Below the pieces are notes generated by a model. That model saw only the letters and a program-made list of their open reading frames with translations. It was not told the DNA's origin and ran no database searches. DNA of 64,000 bases from Botryllus schlosseri (taxonomy: Eukaryota), in contig CM119377.1 in the NCBI GenBank assembly GCA_051294905.1, forward strand, positions 21,018,001 to 21,082,000, written 5' to 3'. The translations under genes and the position numbers were made by a program. This document shows, one piece after another, positions 37,901 to 51,473 of this stretch (position 1 is the first letter of the stretch; the number at the start of each line of letters is the position of its first letter).

Positions 37901-39376
37901 TAATGAGGTGTAGCAGATCTCACATTACAACAGATCGATGATCAGCTATCACAATAAATGGACAGGAATATATGTCAAACCAAGTTGACCGGACGTAAGC
38001 TACTTGTACACTATATGGTGCAACGCCTATCCTACATAGCTTGTAAGCTATTACATTGTATTTCTGATGTCATTTTCCTGATTTAACCGTTGGCAACAGC
38101 CCGTTGCTTGCTTTTTCAATACAGAATAAAACATGAGTGTGTATTGTGATTTCTGTTTTGGATGAAGATCCAAGAACCGCCGTGAAAGCCCATAATTCTT
38201 GAATCGGTACTCTCCCTGACATTTATAAATAGCGCAATATACACCAATGCAATTTAAGTTCAGTTTTCAGTTTTAACTTCGTTATTTGCCGGCCTATAAA
38301 AAATAATGGAAAAGCATAAGATCTTTAAGAAGTTCAGATTCGGCTTACAAATAATTGGCATGCAAAATCAATGAAAAGTAACAGATGATAACATAAGTGG
38401 TCGAGCGATGAAAATGAACTCGAATTTGTCGTGAAGCGAGGTCGATGTGTTAAATCGGTGTTTATCAAACTTCACTTAATCCTCGCGCCTGTGGGAACCA
38501 AATACAACATCAGCGCCATCATATGTCACTCTCCCTACGCTGAATTAATTAAACGTAAGTTTTTCTGCATTTATTACCTATGTCAAAATTTACGTATCAT
38601 TTGCGCTTTCTGAAACAAAATTATGGAATATCTCAAAAACTAGTGCGAATTCGGAAAATCGCAATGCATTTTTGGATTTAGCGCCATAAAAATACCCTAA
38701 ATCAGTGGAAACTTTCTTGGCACCAAAATGTTTGTTGACTAGTATAACCACTACATATATTTTGGTCCAATATCTGAGAGTGAATTCTTGCAATGCCCGC
38801 GAATGGCATATGGGCGTAGTGGTAGCCGACTTGCCTGGTTTGCGCTGAAGGGTGTAGGTGAAAAAAAATTGTTGGGGGCTAAAAATGGGATGAGGTAAAA
38901 GACACTCTCGCCTTACAGATATGGAAAAAGATATTGAAAACTGATGATCTTGGACACGTAGGCTATTAGGTGACAACTTCTGGGGCGCGCATTACACATA
39001 TATTTCTCCCATATGCATAATGCTATGTTATAATAATCATGCTGTGGAAAATCGGTATATGTCTTTACTTCCACGCCAAGCGCGAACATTTTGCAAAAAT
39101 AATGAATGAAATTGGCCAATCATTATGTTACTTGCATATTGCATCTACGTTATCATTCGCACATGTAAAGGCAAGGCGGTGCCTTCAAGGATTATGAGGG
39201 CATGTTGTTATACATCTGGAGCTATTTGTTCAATTGTTCATGCCACAATGCCACACGGTAACACTATTCATGAGTATCTCGAGACATTAATTACCTTTTT
39301 AGAAAGATGCTGTTTGGTGACATCCGTACAAATTTGCCACAAAGTCGCCACTCAAAATATCGCTCACACGTATAGC

Positions 39377-39522
39377 CAGGGCTGTGGAGTCGGAGTCGGA
39401 GTTTGGCTAATTTCCACTTAATGGAGTCGGAGTTGGAGTCGCGAAAACTATAGTAGCTGGAGTCGAAGTCGTGGAAAAAATACTGACTGGAGTCGGAGTC
39501 AGAGTTTATGAAAATGACCCTG
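39377..39522. mobile_element. Short MITE with (GGAGTC)n arrays
   Basis: CAGGGCTGTGGAGTCGGAGTC...GAAAATGACCCTG; no TSD seen; related decayed GACTCC-rich tracts at ~35760-35910 and ~37400-37530. Confidence 0.55.
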
Positions 39523-40089
39523 AACCAAAATTTGATTAGCCTGACCGCGAAATTTGATGACGACTAAAACACCAGCTTCGACGCATTGGCGTAACCAGGA
39601 TCCAGCCACATTTATTGCAGATCTTCTTATATGACCATAAAGTAGAATAGTTCGTAGCAGATTTATTTGACTTGAAATTTTTCTTAGCACTTCGCATGAT
39701 ATATTGTCACTCGATTCCTTGCATATAGTATTGTAGACCCTCCTGAATATTATAAATACGCGTACTTTACAGAACTGATTCTAACTTTATTCACAATTAG
39801 GAGAGTACGTTTCGTCCAACATGCAACGTGGCTTGTGTGCTCGCAGCGATATCGTCGGCGATGAAACATTTACACAAAATGATGTGGGCATGTTCACCGA
39901 AACCTTCGATACTACTAAGCCTTACCGCCGAACATTTCGTTTCTGACCTATGGCCATTAGTAGTGAGAGTGTGCGTGCTTGTAATCGGTATAGTGTGCGA
40001 CGGGAAAATTAGTGGTTACATCATAGTGTCCTATATGGTGTCGACACAAGCAAATCTCACGGCTCACTGAAATTGTATTACGTCACAAT

Positions 40090-40330
40090 TTCCATATGGC
40101 TACAGCCAATTTGACGGTCATTTTTGACCGGCTTGCCGAGCATTAAATTTGGTAAAACGGGTATCAATCGAAAGCTGACTCTGCACTGATTACGGAAATA
40201 TAAATTTTATTCTGCTCGTGGCCCTGGAACTCTCACAATCAGCCTCGAATTTTTCATTGTTATGGAGATTGGCATTGGGACGCAACTAGCGCTAACTATT
40301 GCGCTTTGTTACCTGATTTATCCTACAGCC
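40090..40330 (+). repeat. Single arm of the foldback element found at 41353-41729
   Basis: AAAACGGGTATCAATCGAAAGCTG...GAAATATAAATTTTATTCTGCTCGTGG shared. Confidence 0.65.
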
Positions 40331-41128
40331 CAGAAATCATCATGCTTTTGATCATGGATATGGTTTACTGACTTTTCTGGCGTTTTTGCGGGTGGGGGCA
40401 TTTTGCGGCTTTATCTATCTTGGTGTGCCGTTTTGACTCCAGAGTGTTTGTGCCTAATAGTCCCGCAACCGAAGGCACACACGAATACAATTGGATTCAA
40501 TTACAAACATCATGCGATTCGAGTTTCTGTGGAGGCCGAGAAACTTTTGAGCCAAAAGTAATACGGCGGTACGGCAACAGATAAAATGCAGTATAGCACA
40601 GCTGGAGTTAATATATTACGCAGCAGTACCGCGTTCTGTGCTTTTATGCAAGACAACGAATAAAAAAAAACTATTCCGCTTTATTCGGACAAAGTTTTTT
40701 CGCCGTCCAAGTTTTAAATATCATTCGTTCTGAACAATCGGATCTATTCGTAATAATAATAATAATCTATTCTCTGTTGCTCAGTACCATGACCGCATAT
40801 CATTCGAATGGTAAACTGATTTTACAACCACGCATCACAGCACTGACATTAAAGTATAATACCATGTAAGCCTACTCGAATATTATACATCAATCTAATA
40901 AAATATACACAATATAGAAATGTGTTTTCATATGATCTTTAGTAGGCTACCCCTCCCGAAAAATAACAATGACAAAATAAGCCTAATTCCCAGAGATGAG
41001 TCTAACTGTACTTGCAATAATGAGACAAAATATTACTGGTATCATGTCAGGCGCCCAATAATTCAAACATATTTTAAAACGCTATTGCTTCCTCAGGAAG
41101 AATTCACACATTGTAGCAAACCCTAAAT

Positions 41129-42338
41129 CAGGGGCGGGCAATTTCTTCAGTGGGCGGGCCGTACATAGGAAATTGAAATACTTGGCGGGCCAGATTGCTT
41201 AATCGATACATTATTCGCCTATTTATCCACATATATAAAGAATAAGTCGTATTTGATGACTGTTTTAATGAAATTGGTCAACGTCACACTTTCCGTTTGG
41301 TCAAAGGCAATTTAACGGTAGTTTTTGACCGACTTGCCGAGCATTAAATTCGATAAAACGGGTATCAATCGAAGGCTGCCGCGGTGCTGGTTGCGAAAAT
41401 ATAAATTATATTCTGCGCGTGGTCCTGGAACCCCCCCAAATCAGCCTCCAATGTTGCATTGTAACGGAGTTTGGTATTGCGACGCAGCCATGCCGTCTGA
41501 GCAGCCAGGAGCAACCGCGCACGAGAGTAAGAGTGTGAATGCTCAATCGCGCTTGCGGTTTACTCTGCTCCTCACTTGCTCCCAGACGGCATGGTTGCGT
41601 CACAATACCAAACTCCGTTACAATGCAACATTCAAAGCTGATTTTGAGGGGTTCCAGAACCACGAGCAGAATAGAATTTATATTTTCGCAATCAGTACCG
41701 CGGTAGCTTTCTATTGATACCCGTTTTATTAAATCCCAAAATAATATTTCAAGGCGTTCGATAAGCCCGGTACCCAAAATTTATCAAGATATCAATTCAT
41801 TAGGGCTGAGAAGGTGATGAGACAGCATCGTCGTTCATCCGTGTGGCCTATTTTATCTCGATTGAATTCATTCGGACCGCGGCATCTACGAAATTTGAGA
41901 AGTGGCTCGCGACCCGTTTGAGTTGGCGACCCCTGTCATAGGCGGTGTCTTACAAAAGCCTATGTGCCGTGCTACAAGTCGGCGGTGACAATATCAAAAA
42001 TTACAAATATCGGCCTTGTGTAAATGACCATTGTAGTCTACAAACAGCATGATATCAAAATGATATTAGGGTTGAGTACATGGTAAATGCCGATAATGCA
42101 AGTCTTCTTGCTTCGACGAACTTACGCACAAGCTCCACTCGCACGCTGCGCAATGCGCATACATGTATAAAATAACATACAGTCACTAAAATTTAACGTA
42201 GTAATCAAGTAGCGGGGTATCTCGGCAGACTGTAGCCGTGGGCCACATTATCATATAAGACGGAAAACTGTCCGCGGGCCGGACAAAATCCCTTCGCGGA
42301 CCGGATCTGGCCCGCGGCCCGCACGTTGCCCACCCCTG
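41129..42338 (+). mobile_element. hAT MITE family A, copy 1 (SINE-derived cargo, internal second end)
   Basis: TIRs CAGGGGCGGGCAA / TTGCCCACCCCTG; perfect TSD CCCTAAAT; internal TTGGCGACCCCTG at ~41924-41936. Confidence 0.9.
41353..41729. mobile_element. Foldback element, about 165-bp inverted arms with a short spacer
   Basis: 41353-41515 is near reverse-complementary to 41570-41729. Confidence 0.8.
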
Positions 42339-42972
42339 CCCTAAATGAATATATGCATATGCAGTCGAAATTCGTTGTCTGGCTTCCTGATCAGATCGAG
42401 AAAGTGCAGCAATGAAGATATCGTACTGGAAATTTCGCAACGGGTTAAGCAGCCTCAGCAGCACATAGTTCACTACAGTGCAACGGTGATTATCGGAAAA
42501 TCATCCAGCTGCAGTGTCATCACCATGTTCACCTGATGCAAATGTCTGCAGCTGTGAAGCTGGCCGCTTCTATTCGTACAGGAAAGGCTGTTCGGGCCCC
42601 TCAGGAATTCTACTAAGTAATGTCTAACTTGTTTCTTTTGTCGGAAAAAGGTGAGCAATAAGGTTCCAATCGGCGATTACGAGAAAGAAAAATAAATTGA
42701 GCCTCTTTGAATCTTTCGGTAAATATGTGCTTTGGAAAAAATGGGAATTACTGCATTATAGCAAACTTTGTATAACACAAATCGTGCACGAGACTGATGC
42801 AAATTCGTCACGAGGATAATATATGTTTTTATTGCACTCAAAGAATAAAAATTCAAAAACTAAAACCTACTGTTATTACTGTGTTAACGTTAGCAATTAG
42901 CATCGATATAATTGTAAATTGTTCAGTAAAATCCATAAATTTTAATTCAGTCTACATTTTGATAACCGGTAA

Positions 42973-43253
42973 TTATTGGTTATATATATCAACTTCACAT
43001 ATATAATAAAGTTCACCAGAACAAGCGATAATCGTTTAATAACACTTTGTCAGTTGACGATTTCCAAAGATGTCCGCAATCTTCTCCAGGGTTGTGATTA
43101 TTTGGCTGTCCGCTATCCCATGCAGTTGTGGCGTCATTCATCGTCTCATTGTCCGACCATACCCAAACACCTTCCTCAGCAGTATCATCATATCCTATCC
43201 AAGGTGTATCAGCAGTATCTATCGCCCCAATATATCCACGGGAAATTATGTTT
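42973..43253 (-). pseudogene. Disabled C-type lectin terminal exon, cassette 2
   Basis: NIISRGYIGAIDTADTPWIGYDDTAEEGVWVWSD...QPNNHNPGEDCGHLW...LNDY, then an extra base at ~43027 (corrected frame ACSGELYYICEVDIYNQ*); the expected acceptor reads TG rather than AG at 43254-43255. Confidence 0.85.
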
Positions 43254-44498
43254 CAAGAAAAGCAAATTATTTCTTTCGTTTCCGTCTTTTTTGCCAGGCA
43301 AACTGCAATTTTGAAATACATATGGTTTCAAGTGTCCAATACAAATCAATTGTAATAACCGACGCATCGCGAGTGGAATTAATAACTCTTGGCAGCTGCT
43401 CAGCAGTTTGAACGAGTCCACAACTTGAGAGAACTCTTTGTAAACCAGGCATCCTGATTATAATATATGCACACCGCACAATTATCGGATATTTAGCTTC
43501 CAAACCATATAAAGCAACACAATTAACAATTATCTTCAAGATGTTTAGCGAACAATGTCTGTCAACCGTTCGTATTGACAGAAGATAATGAAGACGCCAT
43601 GAACACATTCTGCATTAGCCAATAAAATCCCGTAACATAGCAGCATATTTGCGGAATCGAACTGGAGGGAAGACGTTATGGTGAAAGCTGCGTTCTATAT
43701 ACGCAGGCCGTGTTATTTTTGGCCTTTCGGGAACCAAATGCCAAAAATGTCAGAAATAAGGCGCTTTATAATTAAATTTTAAATGTTTTAGATGGAAATG
43801 TCAACAAGTATTGAAATGAGTCGGCATGAAGTGACAAAACAAGTGTGTAACACCAAATTCCGAAGATCCGTGAAGGCCGCGGTCTACTGTTCAAAGGATC
43901 TATGTTGAGCGAATGAAAATCTTAAGATCGAAGCCAGAATGCTGAGTACTGAAAACTGGATTCACGTTATAGTATAATGTGAATTGATCAACCCGGGCAG
44001 TAAATGATATCCACAATTAAGGATGAAGCTCAATGACTAGGGTTTTTCCTGTTATCACCGATCGTGCATTTTCTTATCTCATGTTACCGACACCCGCGAC
44101 CGATGCTGCATTTAGGCTAATGTGTATATGTAATTCCATTCAATTTCAACTTGTTATTGAGAATGTCAGAAAATGGTGCAATCACTGATGAACTGTGTCC
44201 CGTTGGACAAGGGATATAGTTTCATCAATGATCAATTGAACGTACGCACTTATACAGTGCAAAATGCATCAGTCGCCAAGAAGTAACTACCATCAATGCA
44301 TAACATACACACAGATTTGCAAACATTCAGTCCTTCAGTTTTCATTTTGTTTTCCCATTGGATATTTTTTCATATTGTAATGAATATTGAAGCCGCTCGT
44401 GATTTCTAACAATTGGTTAGCGAGTTCCGGTCTGTGATTCAAATGTGCCAGCAACGATTAGAATAGTTATCATAAGGGGTATTGTTATGTGTGTAAAC

Positions 44499-45014
44499 CA
44501 GTGATGAGCATCGGGAGGATTCGGATAGTATTCGGACCGGATTTTTAACAATTAGGAGACAGTCGGATCGGATTCGGATTCTATTGCAGATTTTGCTTCA
44601 GATATTTTCGGATAGTTGTAATTTCTGCTTCGGATTTTTCTTGATAGTTTTGACCAGACGTGACTTGATTTCAAATCAAAAGAAAAAAATCGTCAACTCG
44701 ACGACCAATTACGGACAGTAAACACGTTCTGATAGGACTATCAACACTCTAAAGTTGTTCAGTCAAAGGTCCAAGCGAATACAGATATCAGCTAATTCTA
44801 TAGTTAGCCTTCGTAAGAACTAATCGCAGCTCAGCTGTACAATTAGGATTCTCTGGAAAAGTTATTCGATTCGGATTTTCGGATTTTTGACGGCATTAGT
44901 AGGATTCGCATGGATCTTTGGTTGAGATTGTTCGGATTCGGACGGATAGTTCCCCAAAGATTCAAGCTGTCGGACGGATTCGGATTCTCAGAAATCAATA
45001 TCCGCTCATCATTG
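44499..45014. mobile_element. hAT MITE with (TCGGAT)n arrays
   Basis: TIRs CAGTGATGAGC / GCTCATCATTG; perfect TSD GTGTAAAC. Confidence 0.9.
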
Positions 45015-45915
45015 GTGTAAACGCAGGTAACGCACGCATATCGAATCGACTATTCGGTTTAGATATTGCAAAAGCAGTCGGTCGGTTTTGTATTTAGTGA
45101 ATTGACTCTCGAATACTGTTGTCAATTCAGTTTTTACTCTCGCTGTTTGATGACACAAAGTTAATACAGCACATTTTGTGACTTCGTTTGATGTGGAAGA
45201 TTAAACTATAGTGTTAAACATCGTTAATTCGAGTATACAAATACCAATTCCAGGTGATGCCAAAGCTGCCCCCCCCCCGCCCCCCAAAAAAAATCGGAAA
45301 AATGCCAAAAATAAGCTATTTTTGGTAATTTGGCTCATGCCAAAAATAACACGGTCTGTATATACGGATGATACATCAATAGCAGAATCAGCCTATTGCA
45401 TCTATGCACGTGGTTTGCAACCTTCTTGTCTTCGCAGACCGAAGTTCAAGACAAATGTGAACCTGTTTAATCAAAATTACCATTAAATTTAATGAACGAC
45501 AAAGGTATGCAATTTAAATGTAATATCGGAAACTTCATTTAATACTTCCTTTTTATTGATAGAGATTTTTACTTGGTTCCATTGTATTTTCTGCAAGGCG
45601 AAGCGCCATAATTCTCATTGAAAAACACTAATCTTATTGTGATTGTTCGGTATCCTTAGAATGATAGGCAACTTTGCTGTTTTCTATAGCCTCTGTCTTG
45701 CTGTTATGCATGCAACCTGCCAATTTCGAAGATTTTATTTTATTTGTAATAAATCTTTTCTCGAAATAATAGACATTCCGTTTGTGAAAATTTAGTTACT
45801 CACTGGTATGCACAGAACACGAAAAACGACATACCGTACATGTAGCTTATAGCTAACCAGCGAATTTTACTTACTCAAACAATCAATTTTTGACCTAAAC
45901 AAAATTGATACAAGG

Positions 45916-48061
45916 CAGACGTCTCTAACTCAAATGTGCTTGCGGGCCAGTTTTCCAGTTTTGACGACGCCGCGGGCCGCAGCTTTTATAGGGGTATTGT
46001 ATGTCTTTCCAAGTATGCCTTATTTGGCGGGAATGAATTTTCCTATTGAAAGTGAGCCGATCCAGCAGACTGACAGTAAACACACATCGTCAAAATGTGA
46101 TTTACGTTTGTATCAATTAAGGCCGAGCACGAAAAGAATCATCACATTTATACCTATTTGAATAGAATTGTTGTTGTACTTGATATATATTAACTATAAG
46201 ATATAGACACCATATGGGCGGACAAATGTATGATGCCATGATTTCCATCATAACAGCTATCGGTTTATAATTTTCAGCTAGCCTACTATGAATATTTTGA
46301 ATCCAACAGACTGATCTGATATCAAAACATTTTTAAGTTGAGCATTGTAATTCCAATGCAGGATTCCGGTATACTTCTGATATGTAGGCTATATTAATCT
46401 CATGGCCAAATATGTTCAAATATAGGAGCAGAAAAAAAAAATATATATAATATGAATATATTGATGAATGTGTCCTAGTGATTGAAATGTCGGAACGCCG
46501 AACACGGCCCATTGCTGTTACATCGTCGGAGCCAGGACCGTAACTGCCGCACCCGAACCCCCCAATTGGGGGGGGGGGGGTGAGCTCGAAGGGGGCCCAA
46601 AATTATCTCGCGAATTAGCATAAATTATAGAGTATTTTTTTAAAATTATGCAACCTTTTCACTCTTCCCCCAAGAAAAAATACGAAAGATTTATAGAAAT
46701 GGGCAAAGCGGCGTTGGCCATTACGGCGCCACGATGCACCAAGACGTATAAAGTTTTAGGCCATGTAACATGCGATTTCAAGAAGTGTGCCTGAACGATC
46801 GGCAGCTAGAAAACCATGGCTGAAAAGGACTGCCCTTATGCTGACCAAAAACTTCGTTATATATAAAAAATACTTATAGCATCTAATTGTCCATAGGCGC
46901 CTAAATGACTGGCACCGAATGTTCCTGTGTTGGGAATCTGAACCTCACAAGACAAATACCAACCCGCAGGGAAAAATTTTATACCAGTGAAGAAATACCA
47001 ATTTGAAATCGTGTGCGTCTTTTAGTTTGGTAGCCTACGTTTGGGCGATTCTATTTTGATACAGCAGACAGGAGGTAAATTTGATTACGTGAGCAGAGAG
47101 GACAAGAAATTGACAGCAATATATATGCAATTCTTGATCTTATTGACCGATTTTATCATGAATGATCGAAAATTTTCGCGCTTCGCGCTGGGTTGCTAGA
47201 TAGTACGTCTAATTTTGTGGCAAAAGCGAACAACGGGATTGAGGGTAGGTTTATCACCCTATGGAAGCCAAAGACCCAAGTTTATTTTGGGGGGCCTGAC
47301 GAAGGGCTGTTTCGTTCCTGCCAACGGGTATGCGCACGAAGATGTCTAATTATTATTGAGGGGTCCTACCTTTTCAAACACACCTCACTCAGCTCTACCT
47401 GTAAATCTGTTTACGTGAGCAGAGAGAGGATAAAAATTGCTGGCAATATATATGTAATTCCCGATCATATTGACCGATCCAGTCATGAATTATAGAAATT
47501 CTTCGCGCTTCGCGCGCTTAGGCGGGAAAAGCTGACCCAGCAAATGTTCCCAGTACAAACGATAAGTAGCGAAATACCAAGCTGCGACCGTATGATTTAT
47601 TACTATTCCCCTGATACGCAATTTGTTTGTTGCGTCCATTGTTCTATAACAAATTTACGGAGTCATTCCATGTCCATTGTCCACTCGAGTCATTTTCGTT
47701 TTGCCATCGAGTTAGCCCGAGTCTGAGTAATTCTAAGAAAGGTCGCGTCCAAGTCCAAGTCACAAATTTCAGTCTAGAATCGTTTATGGGTCCGGTTTTG
47801 TCATCATGAATTGGAAATGTGGCGAAATAGTGAATGTTCCACTGCATGGCAGCGTTTGCAATTGATGTGATAGTGAAATTTGATGAATAGTTTCAGGCTT
47901 TCGGAGAAATTTATGGGGGAGTTTTTACTTTATAACCTGATAAGATATATGTGACAGTTATATTTTGTCAAATTAATAAAAATCTAAAATGTCGTCGCGG
48001 GCCGCACAAAATGCTCTGGCGGGCCGCATGCGGCCCGCGGGCCGCATGTTTGAGGCCTCTG
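45916..48061 (+). mobile_element. hAT MITE family L with nested D element
   Basis: Ends CAGACGTCTCTAAC / GTTTGAGGCCTCTG; TSD ATACAAGG/ATATAAGG (7/8). Confidence 0.7.
46533..47520 (+). mobile_element. Family D element, copy 2, with internal duplication
   Basis: Starts CAGGACCGTAACTGCCGCACCC; homologous to 23320-24114; segment ~47085-47190 repeated at ~47413-47518. Confidence 0.75.
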
Positions 48062-49996
48062 ATATAAGGAATGCATCGTTGTCAAATGTCAAAAGTCTAG
48101 CATTCGTACGAAAACTATCTTAATTTGCTATGTTTATTGTATCGTAAATACCGAATCCGACCGATTGGGGTGTTGGCTGCTGCGTATAATTAGTATATGA
48201 GGTAATGTCTGCAAACATATAGAAACCAGATTTTCACCTAGATCAATGTCAATTGAGCAATAACCTAATCCTGCTATTCAAGGCGCAAGCTTAAATTCCC
48301 CTGCGAGTCTACGTCGAAATATAGTTGGCAAAGAGACGGATGACATGATAATAATTTGTTGAGATTGATATGGCATTTTTTAGTTGCACTTGATACATGC
48401 GAAGTCAGTCTGTATTCATGATTGTGGCATAATGTGGCCCGAGTCGTCGCTAGATATGGTGGAAAATAATTTATTACGTTACATTTGCGTTCACATAGCA
48501 TAGATGATACTAAATTATATCGTGTTGACCCGCGTACCGCGGTGCATCGCTGTAACAGTGTTGCTAGCTTAATTCGGTCGGCCAATCATTGCATATTTAC
48601 AAATTCCGTTGTTGGAGAATTACGGTGTTGCTACAATAGAGCCCCAATGATCCCTAATATTATGAAGTATGGTTCAGCCTTGATATTAAAGCCTACCGCA
48701 AATAAACGTATTAATTTGGAGTTAATATGTTCGTGCCATTTCGCAGGTCCGGCCGTAAGGAATTAAAAGGTCGGAATCCGCCTTACGAATTGAGTTAGAC
48801 TTGCTCACCGTAGGCTTATCAAAGATGCCGAATTTGCGCGTGACGACGTAATTCCTAAAAGCCATCTCAATAGGTATACAATTACTCATGTACTCAAATC
48901 GTAATGAGTGCATCATAAATGAATCAGCTACTATGTGTTCTAGAACTGGGGTAACTATACTTTTTGTCATTCACGGCCGCATTCAAGGGGATAGTCGTAA
49001 TCAACTAACTGGACGCCAAATATCCATGTTCATTTCCGGTGGACTCCGGATTATTCTATTTATTCATATCGGCTTACTATACGCACGGAAATCACGAGCG
49101 GTCATGTTTTAAAATTTAAATAATAACTAGGATTGAATACCGTCGCGCAATGCGCGAAAATATTTTCAGATTCCGTCAATAATATTAGTAGTTTAACATA
49201 TTACTGTCAAACTTTTATCCTTCCTTAGCACATGTGATCAGATTCAGCGGTACATTCGATGGAGGGGGTGCTCTCGGAAATTCATGGCAAGTTACAAATG
49301 ATGATGATCTTCGGGTGGAAAAATTGTTTCTAGTCTTTATTGCATGCTGTTATTTGTAGACATCCTTACAGACTTGTCGGAATGTCGGTGTGGTGGAAAG
49401 ATATTGAAACCACCCAAACGTACCAAAAAGAGATTTCTCTCGTGAGGAGCACACGATTCCAAGTTGATATTTCTATATTAGGCGCATCATTTTCATCTGC
49501 TGTTCACACATGTAATGTTGGCTCAGATTGAAAAGGGCGTTATTATATTAAAATCGAATAAGTAAGTCGTATTTGAATGGCGCCCAACGCGAAGAAAATT
49601 TCAAGATTAATTAATAAAATCTCTCAAAAATTTGGTAGTCCATTCTTGAATTCAATTTGCATAGCGACGGTCGCCAACACATACTAAGTGAAGTACTTGT
49701 CGATGGCCGCACAAATTCCCTTCTATGGCTGCAGGTTGGCCACCCCTTTTATAGAAGGAAAATGTTTTTATATGGGTATTTCGTTGCGATTGAATTCGAT
49801 AGCACTAGCTACTGAAATCACAGATTAAGCATTTACATCACGCGTGAAAGGGTGTTTGATCCTTTGATAAACAGCAAAATATTTTTTTTCGAATTCGTTG
49901 TTATCAGCCTGTTGTTGCTTACGTCAATAATATTCATACCATTTGCCAGTGAATGGTAAGAGAGACAGAGAGAGAGAGAGATGATTGGACAAGTAC

Positions 49997-50097
49997 CTGC
50001 CTGAGTTTAATATCGGATATATCAACAATCAGTTCATAAATATTTGCTTTTGTTGAATCATTCAGAACCTTCGAAGCAGTTGCTATTAGATTTTGCC
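49997..50097 (-). CDS. Neck exon, cassette 2
   Basis: Acceptor TATTTTGCAG, donor CAG/GTACTT; 101 nt, phase 1 to 0; (G)QNLIATASKVLNDSTKANIYELIVDISDIKLRQ. Confidence 0.82.
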
Positions 50098-51419
50098 CTG
50101 CAAAATAGTTAAACATCGACCTGAAAGTAATATTGTGTATATATATGTAATAAAATCGAATTCGAAACGCAAATGTATCAAAAACATGCATCCATGTGTT
50201 GAGCCATTGTCAGTTGGTCACCTATATTTGAAATTGCGAAGATCAACAGCTAATCAGAGTAAAGAGGTAAATCAGATTACCTCCTTCTGTATGCAGATAT
50301 TGTTCAATCATTAACCAACAATTTCCTCTGGTTTAATATTGTGGCTGTAAGTAACGTATCAAATTAATCAATGACGTTTTAGTACGAAATGGGGTTCCAT
50401 ATTTCGTTTACTTCTGTGCATCGTACGTCAATCTGTGAAGTATTGATAGCTGTGCGATTTTACTTCAAGCACCAAGTTCCAAAACTACAATAACCATGAA
50501 ACATAAGGTGTAGAATTTGGATCAAAAGGTCCAACCAATGTTATCCATCATCATTATAAGACCATACGTTTTCGGGGCGTTCGTACTGGAATTCTTCACT
50601 GATACACACCGGTGCAATGAATGTCGGTATACCTGGACAAGTCATTTCATTAATTACCTTGACCGTTCCATACATTGCTATGTTATGCTACATATCCTAC
50701 ATAACAGCTTTCCTAGTGTTTTAGCTCTCTGAACTCTCGGAATTGCATAAGACATAACCCTCCCTGCCAAAATCCCTCAGCGGACTGCAAAGATTAGATT
50801 GACTTCTACATGCTGCATATTGAGTCCAGCCCTTATTTAGTACTCTATAAGCATGCCAATATGCGGTCTATAATATGTACACCACTTGGCTTTTTTCATG
50901 ATCTTATTTGAAATGTTTTCAATACCAATGAAATGTACACAGACACAACAAAATAAATTTGGAGAATTTTGCAATGACTACTACAAATTGCAACTTTTGT
51001 ATCGTTAACATTTTTAAAATCAATTTTGAAATGACAAGCAATCACACTAAAAAGAAGCGACTCAGCTGTGATAGCATACACTAATGTATTAAACACGCTA
51101 ACGGCAAAAGAAATAGCTTTCAGGCGGATATTTGCGATACATAACTAAAATCGCGTAATATGATGAAAATTATTGCGGCATTACAGCATATTTGAGTTAA
51201 CTGAGCTTTGGACTTCCGAACCCTGTGGATAGAAGACCTGAACTCACAGCCCGACAATGATGAAATACCACTGGATATGATTTGTGCTATTCATTATGTA
51301 GTGCAGTTTAGCCCGATTCTCCCCACAGAGGGTTAATGATCGGTGATAGGAGCAGTAATTAGCGATAAGGCATCGACTTGACATTTTGTGGCGTCGAAAC
51401 CTGAATTATCCGCACTTAC

Positions 51420-51473
51420 CAGTATGGGACTCCTTTTCCATTTGCTCGATGTCATAACGCAATTGCAACATTT
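51420..51473 (-). CDS. 54-nt stalk exon, cassette 2
   Basis: Acceptor CATTCATTCAG, donor G/GTAAGT; phase 1-1; (E)MLQLRYDIEQMEKESHT(G). Confidence 0.8.

Noticed and set aside
43340-43510. Alternative candidate for that exon (VYKEFSQVVD, RDASVIT)
   Set aside because: Needs several compensating frameshifts; cannot be distinguished from noise without alignment statistics
47640-47850. CTL-like peptide LRLGLTRWQNENDSSGQWTWNDS with possible splice sites
   Set aside because: Lies inside TSD-bounded MITE L, lacks the conserved cysteine pattern and has no counterpart in cassette 1
49230-49490. Decayed first CTL exon of cassette 2 (ENDA, LVRLGG, KSVR.VYK, CHEFPR patches)
   Set aside because: Position fits, but the patches are in different frames, with every interval longer than in the paralog and no usable splice sites; may be chance
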